From an uncultured Candidatus Bathyarchaeia archaeon (GTDB lineage: Archaea; Thermoproteota; Bathyarchaeia; Bathyarchaeales; Bathyarchaeaceae), in the NCBI GenBank assembly GCA_964647775.1, contig CAZYJH010000001.1:1-37335 (forward strand): DNA of 37,335 nucleotides, written 5' to 3'. How positions within the stretch are numbered: position 1 is the stretch's first letter; each line of letters starts with the position of its first letter. Below are positions 1-8,006 of this stretch, one piece after another. Under the pieces are notes generated by a model. It saw only the letters and a list, made by a program, of their open reading frames with translations, searched no databases and had not been told where the DNA came from. The translations under genes were made by a program, and so were the position numbers.

Positions 1-1209
1 GATAACACAAGACTCTATGTTGATATCACTGCTAAATTCATGAATATCGGAAACCGGCATTACATAGTAGCCTTTCTCAGGGACGTCACTGAACAAAAGA
101 GGGCACAAGAGGCGCTTCTGGAAAGCGAGAAAAAGTATAGAGAAATGATTGACGCAATGAATGACACAGCTATTGTTGTTGATTTTGATGGAAAAATTAT
201 TGACGCAAACAAGACCGCCGTCAAAGTTTTGGGTTACTCCCTAAAAGAATTGACTTCTGCAGGACCTGAACAATTTGATGCTACCCTAACCAAACGTCAG
301 ATACAGGGTCTTGTCCAAAAAATGAAAACCAGCGAAATAATGGTTTTCGAGACAGCACACACCACCAAAGACGGAAAGACCTTTCCTGTGGAGGTCAGCG
401 CCAGTCACGTGACCTATAAGGGAAAGCAGGCAATCTTAAGCATTGCCCGCGACATCACCGAACGAAAGCGGGCTCAAGAGGCAATAAACAAGGCTAACGG
501 CTTACTGAAGCAGTCGAACAAGGAGCTGGAAAGTTACACGTATGTGGTTTCTCATGACTTGAAGGCACCACTCAGGACAATACGTTCCTTCGGCTCCTTC
601 ATCTTGGAAGACTATGGAGACAAGCTGGATGAGACCGGCAAAGACTACCTGAACAGAATGGTTAATGCATCTTCCCATCTGGACACTATGATTGAAGACC
701 TGCTTGTTCTTTCGCGGGTTGGAAGAAAATTCACTGAAATCGAAAAGGTAGACCTGAACGTTCTTTTAAAAGAAATCCTTGCTGACCTTGAGGCAACTAT
801 CAGGGAACGTAACGCGAAGGTTGTTGTCGACAAACTTCCAACCCTCTATGCTCACAGAGTATGGGAAAGGCAACTGTTTATGAACCTAATCAGTAACGCA
901 TTGAAGTTTAACGAGTCCAAAACCCCGAAAATCGAAGTTCTGTATAGAGAACAAGAAAATGATCATCTGTTTATGGTTCGGGATAACGGAATAGGCATCG
1001 AAGAGAAGTATCTGGAGCGTATCTTCAATCTCTTCGAGAGAGCCCCTACGGAAAAGAAGTATGAGGGAACTGGAGCTGGCTTAGCCATCTGCAAGAAGAT
1101 TGTGGAGCATTTTGGAGGAAAAATCTGGGTTGAAAGCACGCCCGGTAAAGGCAGCACCTTCATGTTCACAATACCAAAGCATTATTTGAAACAGATAAAG
1201 GAGACATAA
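1..1209 (+). CDS. PAS-domain sensor histidine kinase (5' partial, continues left of the window)
   Basis: The frame is open from base 1 (DNTRLYVDITAKF precedes the listed Met at 40), so the N-terminus lies outside the window. Two PAS-like segments end in ...RDVTEQKRAQEAL and ...RDITERKRAQEAI linkers. H-box SHDLKAPLRTI, N-box LISNALKF, G1 DNGIGI, G2 GTGAGLAICK. Confidence 0.9.
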   Translation, partial: DNTRLYVDITAKFMNIGNRHYIVAFLRDVTEQKRAQEALLESEKKYREMIDAMNDTAIVVDFDGKIIDANKTAVKVLGYSLKELTSAGPEQFDATLTKRQIQGLVQKMKTSEIMVFETAHTTKDGKTFPVEVSASHVTYKGKQAILSIARDITERKRAQEAINKANGLLKQSNKELESYTYVVSHDLKAPLRTIRSFGSFILEDYGDKLDETGKDYLNRMVNASSHLDTMIEDLLVLSRVGRKFTEIEKVDLNVLLKEILADLEATIRERNAKVVVDKLPTLYAHRVWERQLFMNLISNALKFNESKTPKIEVLYREQENDHLFMVRDNGIGIEEKYLERIFNLFERAPTEKKYEGTGAGLAICKKIVEHFGGKIWVESTPGKGSTFMFTIPKHYLKQIKET

Positions 1210-1213
1210 AATA

Positions 1214-1654
1214 GTGTCACAGAAATTCAGGATAGTTGAACGCCCGATTCTTCTGGTGGATGATAATCCCGACGACATAATGATTGCAAAGAGAGCTTTT
1301 GCAAAATCTCAGATCCACAACAAAATCTACGTGACTCATGACGGCGAAGAAGCCATACAGTTCCTTCGAAAAGAAGGAGAATACAAGGACATGCCAACAA
1401 CGGGCTTGGTTATACTGGATTTGAACATGCCTAAAGTTGACGGCTTCGAAGTGCTGAAAACAATAAAAGGCGATGAAAAACTGAAGAGCACCCCAATAAT
1501 TGTGTTGACTTCTTCAAGCAGACCTGAAGACATAGAACGCGCCTACAAACTGGGATGCAACAGCTTCATCGTAAAACCCGTCAGCTTTGAAGACTTCATC
1601 GAGGCTGTGATAGAAATAAAACGTTACTGGTTATCCCTTTCAAAAATACCATAA
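1214..1654 (+). CDS. Single-domain CheY-like response regulator (receiver only)
   Basis: GTG start 4 nt after the kinase stop. Receiver motifs: LLVDDNPDD acidic pocket, acceptor Asp in VILDLNMP, VLTSS, Lys in FIVKP. No output domain. Confidence 0.9.
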   Translation: MSQKFRIVERPILLVDDNPDDIMIAKRAFAKSQIHNKIYVTHDGEEAIQFLRKEGEYKDMPTTGLVILDLNMPKVDGFEVLKTIKGDEKLKSTPIIVLTSSSRPEDIERAYKLGCNSFIVKPVSFEDFIEAVIEIKRYWLSLSKIP

Positions 1655-1672
1655 AAAATGGAGGTGTAAAAA

Positions 1673-2689
1673 ATGGTTGATTTGAAAATTCGGATATTAC
1701 ATGTCGAAGACAGCGCTGACGACCAGCTGATTCTGAAGCGGTCACTCAAAGAAAACATGCCAATCAACTATGAGCTGGTGGCTGTGGACACGGGAACAAA
1801 AGGCTTGAACAGCATTGAAAAAGAAAACTTTGACCTGACCATCTTGGATTACAGGCTGCCTGACATGACTGGCATCGAGTTTGTCAAACAGTTACAAAAG
1901 AAGCACATTAAGATACCCATCTTTCTGGTTACGGGTAAAGGCAGCGAAAACGTTGCAGTGGAAGCCATGAAGCTGGGTGTGCGAGACTACATAAACAAAG
2001 AAGAAATCGGCTCAAAACGTTTGGTTGAAGGCATCAAAGAAATACTGCTTGAGTCATCCCTGCCTGAAACAGTGGACATTGAAACGGCAAAAGCTATCCT
2101 AGCTCTTTTTGCCAAAAAATCCACTATACACATAGAATCAACTAGCACCTTAGCGTCTGATCCAGAAAGCGAAATTCCTGCCGAACAGCTGGCTTCAACA
2201 TTAAAAATCCTTGCAGAAATGAAAATCTTAGAAGAAGAGCCTTCACGTTCAGTGATTGCCTGCCCAGACTGCACATCAGTAACATCTACACTTATTCTGG
2301 AGTGCCCCGAATGTGAAAGCACCCAAATGACAAAAGAAGAAGCTTTGGAACATTTTAACTGCGGCAACATAGACTTCAGATCCAAATATGATAAAGGCGA
2401 AGGCAGTCTTGTCTGCCCAAAATGTGGAAAAAAACTCAAAGTAATCGGCGTTGACTACCGAAAAATCGAAAACTGGTACAGATGTTCAAACAAGCACGTC
2501 TTTGGTCAGCCCAACTTCAAGTTCGCCTGTTCCAAATGTGGTGGACGATTTCCTTTAGAGGAAACAAGAATTGAGATGCTCCACAACTACAACTTAACAG
2601 ACAGCGGACGCCAGATGCTGAAACTTGGCGTAAAAGCCACCGAATTAACCGAAAAAAGCAGAAATAAAACATCCAGCAAAAAAACATGA
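1673..2689 (+). CDS. Response regulator: receiver plus C-terminal four-CxxC zinc-ribbon output domain (TackOD1-like)
   Basis: GGAGGTG at 1660-1666, 6 nt before the ATG. The N-terminal ~125 aa are a receiver (HVEDSADD, ILDYRLPD, LVTGKG, DYINK). The C-terminal part carries CPDC, CPEC, CPKC and CSKC pairs. This matches my recollection of the TACK-lineage output domain named TackOD1. Confidence 0.85.
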   Translation: MVDLKIRILHVEDSADDQLILKRSLKENMPINYELVAVDTGTKGLNSIEKENFDLTILDYRLPDMTGIEFVKQLQKKHIKIPIFLVTGKGSENVAVEAMKLGVRDYINKEEIGSKRLVEGIKEILLESSLPETVDIETAKAILALFAKKSTIHIESTSTLASDPESEIPAEQLASTLKILAEMKILEEEPSRSVIACPDCTSVTSTLILECPECESTQMTKEEALEHFNCGNIDFRSKYDKGEGSLVCPKCGKKLKVIGVDYRKIENWYRCSNKHVFGQPNFKFACSKCGGRFPLEETRIEMLHNYNLTDSGRQMLKLGVKATELTEKSRNKTSSKKT

Positions 2690-2709
2690 AAATTTTGGTT
2701 GTTCCATGA

Positions 2710-4191
2710 ATGGGAATCAAAAAACTTGTAATAACGGCTGTTGTGTTGGCGCTTGAACTCATCTTAATAGCCTTTGTCATACCCGGATACATTGCGTGGA
2801 TATGCCTTATCCTCGGAGCGGTAGCGGCTTCATATTTTCTGTTTGCTGCCCGACAAGCCCGCAGAAGCAAAATCCGGCAACCTTCAAGGCACATCACCAT
2901 ACTTGCAGTTCTTTCTATGCTCATAATCCCAGTTATTGTCGGCTGGCTCACCCTATACCTCGGATACCTTTCGATTTTAACAGCGCTTCTGGCAACAGCA
3001 TTAACTGTCGAGTTTTTCTCAAATTACCTTGCACTTCCACTTAGCGTGTACCACCGGTATCTGGAGTTGAACATGCCCCTTAGTCCAATTCATAGCTGGC
3101 CACTGGTTACAATAGTGGTTCCGGCACATAACGAAGAAAAAGGGATAGAACGCTGCCTCGACGCCATTTTGGAGATAGACTACCCAAAAAAAGAAGTTAT
3201 CGTAGTTGACGACGGGTCAACAGACAAAACTTTCCAGTTAGCCTCTAACTACAAAACAAAGGGCATAAAGGTTATCCGTAGAGAGACGGCTGGCGGAAAA
3301 TCTGGCGCCTTGAATACAGGTATACTGATTGCTAACGGCGAAATCATCATCACCTGTGACGCCGACAGCATGATTGCTAGAGGTGCCCTCAAGAAGATTA
3401 TCAGCCGCTTTCAGGACCCGACGGTTAGTGCCGTGGCTGGAAACGTGAAGGTTCTAAACCGGACGAATCTGGTGACAAAGTGTCAGGCGCTTGAATACAT
3501 TGTAAACGAGAACATATACAGAAGAGTCTTCGACATTTTCGGGGTTGTGCCAGTTGTTCCGGGTCCTTTGGCTTCCTTCAGGAAAAGAACCCTGAAAGAG
3601 ATAGGCTTCTATGATCAAGACACTCTGACTGAGGATTTCGACATCACAGTCAAACTTTTGAAGACACAAAGAATTGTGCAGGCATTGAGTGACGCCAACG
3701 TCTACACTGAGGCTCCTGCCACGTGGAAGGACTTCATCAAGCAGAGAACAAGATGGAACAGGGGAACCTTCCAGACAATCATAAAACACAGAAACGTTTT
3801 CGGGAATCCGCGTTTCGGTTACTTACGGAATTTGACTTTCCAATACGTGATACTGTCGATGGTTTTTGTTCCCTTTGTTTCAGTCGTGTCGCTCATCGTA
3901 ATTGCTTTCGCAGTGTTGATCGGGTATGCGCTGCAGGTTCTGCTTGTGATGGCTGTCTTCATGCTGATTCAAGCCACGTACAGTTTCTTAGCCATAATGA
4001 TGGATGACGAAGACCTGAAACTTGCAGTTTATTCGCCCTTGTTTGTTGTGGGCTTCAAGGAAATTCGGAACTTGATCAAAATCAAAAGCCTCATTGATAT
4101 ACTCTCAAGAAGGGAGATGAAGTGGGGTACACTGCAGCGAATAGGCGCACCCGAAGCAAAGTCAGAAGCCAAACCATCGAATTCTACTTAG
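2710..4191 (+). CDS. Membrane-embedded family-2 glycosyltransferase, processive polysaccharide-synthase type
   Basis: N-terminal TM helices, then a GT-A core with VVDDGSTD, ITCDADS (DxD), LTEDFD (TED) and QRTRWNRG (QxxRW), then C-terminal TM helices. This motif set is typical of cellulose/chitin/PNAG/hyaluronan-synthase-like enzymes. Confidence 0.85.
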   Translation: MGIKKLVITAVVLALELILIAFVIPGYIAWICLILGAVAASYFLFAARQARRSKIRQPSRHITILAVLSMLIIPVIVGWLTLYLGYLSILTALLATALTVEFFSNYLALPLSVYHRYLELNMPLSPIHSWPLVTIVVPAHNEEKGIERCLDAILEIDYPKKEVIVVDDGSTDKTFQLASNYKTKGIKVIRRETAGGKSGALNTGILIANGEIIITCDADSMIARGALKKIISRFQDPTVSAVAGNVKVLNRTNLVTKCQALEYIVNENIYRRVFDIFGVVPVVPGPLASFRKRTLKEIGFYDQDTLTEDFDITVKLLKTQRIVQALSDANVYTEAPATWKDFIKQRTRWNRGTFQTIIKHRNVFGNPRFGYLRNLTFQYVILSMVFVPFVSVVSLIVIAFAVLIGYALQVLLVMAVFMLIQATYSFLAIMMDDEDLKLAVYSPLFVVGFKEIRNLIKIKSLIDILSRREMKWGTLQRIGAPEAKSEAKPSNST

Positions 4192-4202
4192 GGCTGAATT
4201 GT

Positions 4203-5267
4203 TTACGAGTTTGGTTCTATCTGTTGTGGCAGTTCTGGTTGTTGTTTGTTGCTGATTTTGGGGATAAGCCGAGTTTCCAGCAGGTAGATGATGGTGAGGT
4301 AGATGAACATCCAGGCAATGAAGAAGAATTCTCCATAGAACTCATGGAAGGTTGCGGCTAACGACGCTCCGCTGTTGACTCCCGCCAAAAGAATCGCTAC
4401 GATCCGAATGATGTTGACGACGAAGGTTCCAACCGCACCCGCAACAACGTAAATTATCTTTCTTGTGCGGGATATGCTGGTGCCCCTCAGAAACAGCATA
4501 ATCATAAAGGAGTATAGGAAGAGGCTGTGGCTTCCTGCGCATGACCATGATACGATTGCTTGATATGTTTTTCCGCCTGCTGCCGTGACGGTGAGACCTA
4601 AGCCATCTGTGCCTCCGGGGAATGTTTGAGTGCCGTAGCCCAGAAGATTCAGTATGGCGCTGGCTCCTGACACGGTGACGGGAACAAAGGATTGCAGAGT
4701 CGTGAAGGTGCCATATGGATAGAAGGTGTCGATCATGTAGAAGATGCCGACTCCCCAAATAAAGAAGGAGGAAACGGCGAAGCTTTTTAGTCCCCGAACT
4801 CCATACAGAAGCCAAATCGACGCCACAAAGAATGACGCAAAGAGAACATACTCGAGGGAGAAAAGCCAAGAATGCGTCAAGTACCATTCGCCGAACTGCC
4901 CAGCGGGCACGCCAACGGCTTTTCCCAGCTCCAGAATCGCATCATTCAAACCGAAGCTTAAGCCCACAGCATACAATGTTGGCATAAGCAGGATTACTGC
5001 AGCTAAAACTGTTCTTTTTGTCCAAAATGTGCTGCCTTCATCTTTGAGGTTTTTCCATCCAATGATTGCCTCCAAGAAAAGCAGCCAAAGAAAGAGAAAG
5101 TAGGGCGCTCTGCCCTTCCACAGGTAATCAAAGGAGCCTGCGTCTAGGAAGTAAAGAATAATCAGTGGAACAATGAAAGCTGCGAAAACGGGAGCCGTCT
5201 TCAAAAGAAAGGAGCGGTCTATTCTGGAAAGAATCTTCTCTAGTTGTTCTTTTATTGGAGTTGTCAT
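4203..5267 (-). CDS. Archaeosortase/exosortase-family membrane transpeptidase (subfamily undetermined)
   Basis: Polytopic membrane protein. Candidate catalytic Cys in SWSCAGSHS, Arg in NIIRIV about 45 residues later, and His in FHEFYGEFF near the C-terminus. This is the Cys/Arg/His arrangement of the exosortase/archaeosortase family. Confidence 0.7.
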   Translation of the reverse strand: MTTPIKEQLEKILSRIDRSFLLKTAPVFAAFIVPLIILYFLDAGSFDYLWKGRAPYFLFLWLLFLEAIIGWKNLKDEGSTFWTKRTVLAAVILLMPTLYAVGLSFGLNDAILELGKAVGVPAGQFGEWYLTHSWLFSLEYVLFASFFVASIWLLYGVRGLKSFAVSSFFIWGVGIFYMIDTFYPYGTFTTLQSFVPVTVSGASAILNLLGYGTQTFPGGTDGLGLTVTAAGGKTYQAIVSWSCAGSHSLFLYSFMIMLFLRGTSISRTRKIIYVVAGAVGTFVVNIIRIVAILLAGVNSGASLAATFHEFYGEFFFIAWMFIYLTIIYLLETRLIPKISNKQQPELPQQIEPNS

Positions 5268-5369
5268 GTTGGCTGCGCCTTACCGAACACTGTACCCGTG
5301 TCCTATGTAGAGGATACCCTTACACGATTCGCAGTAAAATAATTATTTATTGCTCAAACCTATCCCGCG

Positions 5370-5417
5370 CATATTAGGAGCCTAATAACAGCGGATTGTT
5401 GAAAACAGTCTTTTCTC
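5370..5417 (-). repeat. Copy A of a 48-nt conserved element (inverted relative to copy B at 34536-34583)
   Basis: The reverse complement of 5370-5417 matches 34536-34583 at 44 of 48 positions (mismatches at 5392, 5393, 5410, 5415). It contains ATTAGG-nn-CCTAAT and TGTT-TTC-AACA inverted repeats. Confidence 0.9.
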
Positions 5418-5442
5418 GTGAAATGCACAGCAAAGAATGTTT

Positions 5443-5520
5443 TGGTGCTCCGGCCGGGATTCGAACCCGGGTCGGCGGCTCGAGAGGCCGTCATACTTAA
5501 CCGGACTATACTACCGGAGC
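5443..5520 (-). tRNA. tRNA-Glu (anticodon CUC) with genomically encoded CCA
   Basis: The reverse complement reads GCTCCGGTAGTATAGTCCGGTTAAGTATGACGGCCTCTCGAGCCGCCGACCCGGGTTCGAATCCCGGCCGGAGCACCA. It has a 7-bp acceptor stem GCTCCGG/CCGGAGC, T-arm CCGGG-TTCGAAT-CCCGG, anticodon loop CT-CTC-GA, discriminator A and a 3' CCA. It is very similar to archaeal tRNA-Glu as I remember it. Confidence 0.93.
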
Positions 5521-5543
5521 CCTCAACTGCTCACCTTTTCCTG

Positions 5544-5550
5544 TATATAG
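5544..5550 (-). promoter_or_regulatory. TATA-like box for tRNA-Glu
   Basis: TATATA(C) on the tRNA strand lies 24-30 nt upstream of the tRNA 5' end at 5520, the usual archaeal TATA-to-TSS spacing. Confidence 0.5.
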
Positions 5551-5990
5551 CAACCTGCTTTGTTGCTGTATCGCACATATTCAAAGCCTGCTTCTATAAG
5601 TTTGTTTTCCTCGTTCAATGGCTCTTTGCGCTTATTGAAGGAAATAAGCCTCTATGGATTATTTTTGGCGTTACTCTGTTTTAAAAGGGAGAAATGAGTT
5701 GATGTTAGAAAGAATTTGTGGAAATCTTAGAGATTTACTTTTTTCGGTTGACCTGTTCTAGCTTGAAGGGTAAGCGATTTGTCGGGTTATTTACCGAATA
5801 TTCTGGCTCATGACATAATAAATCTGAAACTGGTTGATGAGAATTAAATATTTAATCGAGAAATAGGTTGATTTTCATTACTTGTTTTTTATTTTTTGTT
5901 GCAAAAAAAATTTTGCTAAATGCGAAAGAAAGTTTTTCAAAAAGGCTTAATTTTATAGAAGAACAGACACCCGCCTGAGGAGATAAAGAG

Positions 5991-6995
5991 TTGAACAAGC
6001 GACTCAAAAGTAAGACTTTACTTAAACTCAGGGACTTTGCTTGTAAGGTAAAATACGTCCATAAATTTCTGGGGCTCGCTAAAACTTCGATCAGAAGAAT
6101 ATACGCAAAAGCGCCTCTTCGATTCCCCTCGAAGAACGTAATAAAGGGATTTGATTTTCGCGTTTTGTTTAAGGGTCTTTTTTCTCCCTTGAAATTAGTT
6201 GCGCTGCTTTTGATGGCTATCGGATCAGCCACCCTCGTTTGGGTGGGCAATCTACTCTGGGTTGATATGAGCTTTTGGGGAAAAGATGTTGCTCTGGCAT
6301 TATTTGGTTCCAGAACAGGAGAAGCTATCAGCTTCGGTATAGGAATGACCGTAATCAACTACTTGATATTAGGTGTGGCACTCTTTTCTGCCTCAATTAT
6401 GTTGATTAACGTTCAAAAAATCCGTGGACTAGCCTTTAGAGGGCTCGTCATAGCTCGAAAGACACGTAAACTGTTTCTCTCCTCAAATGCGCCAATTAAG
6501 CTTAGAAACATCCGTGGATTAAGCTTAAGAGGAATGACCAAAAGAAGAATGATTGTTTTTGCCGCATTCATTGTCCTTACAAGCTTTTCTGTTGTCAACA
6601 TATTTCTACTTAATTCGATCATAGGTCAAACCGCTACCAAGACTAGCCTGCAAAGTTACGGATCAATTAGAACCGTTGGAGTGGGCATTTACAGCAACAG
6701 ATATTGCATAGAGACAGTTTCTACCGTTGACTGGGGAACGATAACGCCGGGATATTCTAACTCAAGAACATTCTATATAAGGAATGAAGGAAACGGTGAT
6801 GTTGTGCTGTCATTGTTAACGTCAAATTGGACTCCAGCTGCAGCAGAAAACTATATGGCTGTAACTTGGGACTATGCAGGGCAAAGCATTAATCCGAACC
6901 AAGTGCTTGCAGTCACCTTCACGTTATCAGTGGATTCTTCCATCACTGGAATAGAAAGCTTCTATTTCGACATCGACATAATTGGAGCAAGCTAA
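5991..6995 (+). CDS. Membrane-anchored protein with a C-terminal all-beta (DUF1573/ASH/CARDB-like) domain; start uncertain
   Basis: TTG-initiated ORF. The first ~70 codons are a K/R/L/F-rich translation of very AT-rich DNA and may be non-coding; alternative in-frame ATGs are at 6213 and 6534. There are three hydrophobic helices, the last (MTKRRMIVFAAFIVLTSFSVVNIFLL) resembling a signal anchor. The C-terminal pattern is VDWGTITPGYSNSRTFYIRNEGNGDVVLSL. Confidence 0.5.
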   Translation: MNKRLKSKTLLKLRDFACKVKYVHKFLGLAKTSIRRIYAKAPLRFPSKNVIKGFDFRVLFKGLFSPLKLVALLLMAIGSATLVWVGNLLWVDMSFWGKDVALALFGSRTGEAISFGIGMTVINYLILGVALFSASIMLINVQKIRGLAFRGLVIARKTRKLFLSSNAPIKLRNIRGLSLRGMTKRRMIVFAAFIVLTSFSVVNIFLLNSIIGQTATKTSLQSYGSIRTVGVGIYSNRYCIETVSTVDWGTITPGYSNSRTFYIRNEGNGDVVLSLLTSNWTPAAAENYMAVTWDYAGQSINPNQVLAVTFTLSVDSSITGIESFYFDIDIIGAS

Positions 6996-7114
6996 TTCAC
7001 TAAAATCAATGATGCAAGAGGAAAAAATATTACCCAGCTCGATTTCTGGTAACTTTAGCTTCATTAAGTTTGGGGGTTAACACCACTCGTGCGAACTAAA
7101 AACTCAAGAATTGG

Positions 7115-7879
7115 ATGCGTTGCAGAGATATGAGCGAGAAAAAGCAACCCAAGAAACTCTCTGAAATTAATTGGAGTAAAAACTGGAAAAACGTTCGAAT
7201 AATTCTAAGCGCAATTCTGATCTTTACACTTATCGTTATAGTGGCTTCTAACTATAATTCGCTATTTTATCGTGGCACCGGCTCTCAATCTGAAATTGAT
7301 TGGCGTGAAATTTCTTTGTTGATTGTAACTGGCACAATTGTGTTATGGTTAAAATTACCAGACGATCTTGTCGCTGACATAAAAAACAGGAAAAAAGAAT
7401 GGGTAAAGCTTTCCCTCTTTTTGTTGCTGTTTTTTGTTGGAATAGTGGCTGTTTGGTATGCCGTTAGAGCTATCGGGTCATTTGTGTTTAGGATCTCTAT
7501 TGAATTAGACAGGTCCCCAATCCGTCAAGCAAGTAATGTTCTCTCCCTGATCGGTTATGTAGTTGCAGCCAATCTTCCTTTTACGCTTCTCAGAACATAT
7601 CAGGGGGGGAATCCCGAAAAAGGAGATCAAAACCTCAAAGCCCGTGAGAACGCTTACGAACAAAATTTGAAAATCATCAAAGGAACTATTGATGTTATAT
7701 TACAAGCGATTTTGATAATCCTGCTGACTTTTGTTCCAATCATTGGACAGAAAACAATGTTGCAGGGTGTTGGCGGTTACATCGGTTTTGCCACGATCTT
7801 CTTTTCTATTCTAGTTACGCTGATTGTTTTTTTGATGATACGTAAACGGATTTGTTCAGAAATGCTCTACTACAAATAA
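7115..7879 (+). CDS. Hypothetical polytopic membrane protein
   Basis: About six hydrophobic helices and no recognisable motif. The second Met (7130) is an alternative start. Confidence 0.55.
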   Translation: MRCRDMSEKKQPKKLSEINWSKNWKNVRIILSAILIFTLIVIVASNYNSLFYRGTGSQSEIDWREISLLIVTGTIVLWLKLPDDLVADIKNRKKEWVKLSLFLLLFFVGIVAVWYAVRAIGSFVFRISIELDRSPIRQASNVLSLIGYVVAANLPFTLLRTYQGGNPEKGDQNLKARENAYEQNLKIIKGTIDVILQAILIILLTFVPIIGQKTMLQGVGGYIGFATIFFSILVTLIVFLMIRKRICSEMLYYK

Positions 7880-8006
7880 CAAAGGGCATCTCTAACCATT
7901 TTTCCGATATGTAACCCCTACGTTTCTGATGTTTTAACCAAGTTGGGACATGACTGCGCTTTGAAATCCGTATAGTTAATAAATCGGCGTTGGTTTTAAT
8001 TCGTAA

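Noticed and set aside
5418-5684. 88-aa + strand ORF
   Set aside because: It reads straight through the antisense of tRNA-Glu (5443-5520) and its promoter. It has no RBS and a low-complexity tail, so it is spurious.
5815-5875. C/D box sRNA (CTGA at 5825-5828 followed by TGATGA at 5837-5842)
   Set aside because: Only an internal D'/C'-like pair is present. There is no canonical 5' C box or 3' D box (CTGA) at the required spacing on either strand.
5268-5990. tRNA-adjacent integrated mobile element
   Set aside because: I looked for an integrase, or a direct repeat of the tRNA 3' half, on either side of tRNA-Glu. None is present in the window. The 48-nt repeat does not overlap the tRNA and is inverted, so it is not an att duplication.
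5852-6358. 168-aa - strand ORF in the AT-rich tract
   Set aside because: It has low-complexity composition and overlaps the + strand ORF. No motif, TATA or RBS is placed sensibly. It is most likely an artefact of AT-rich DNA.
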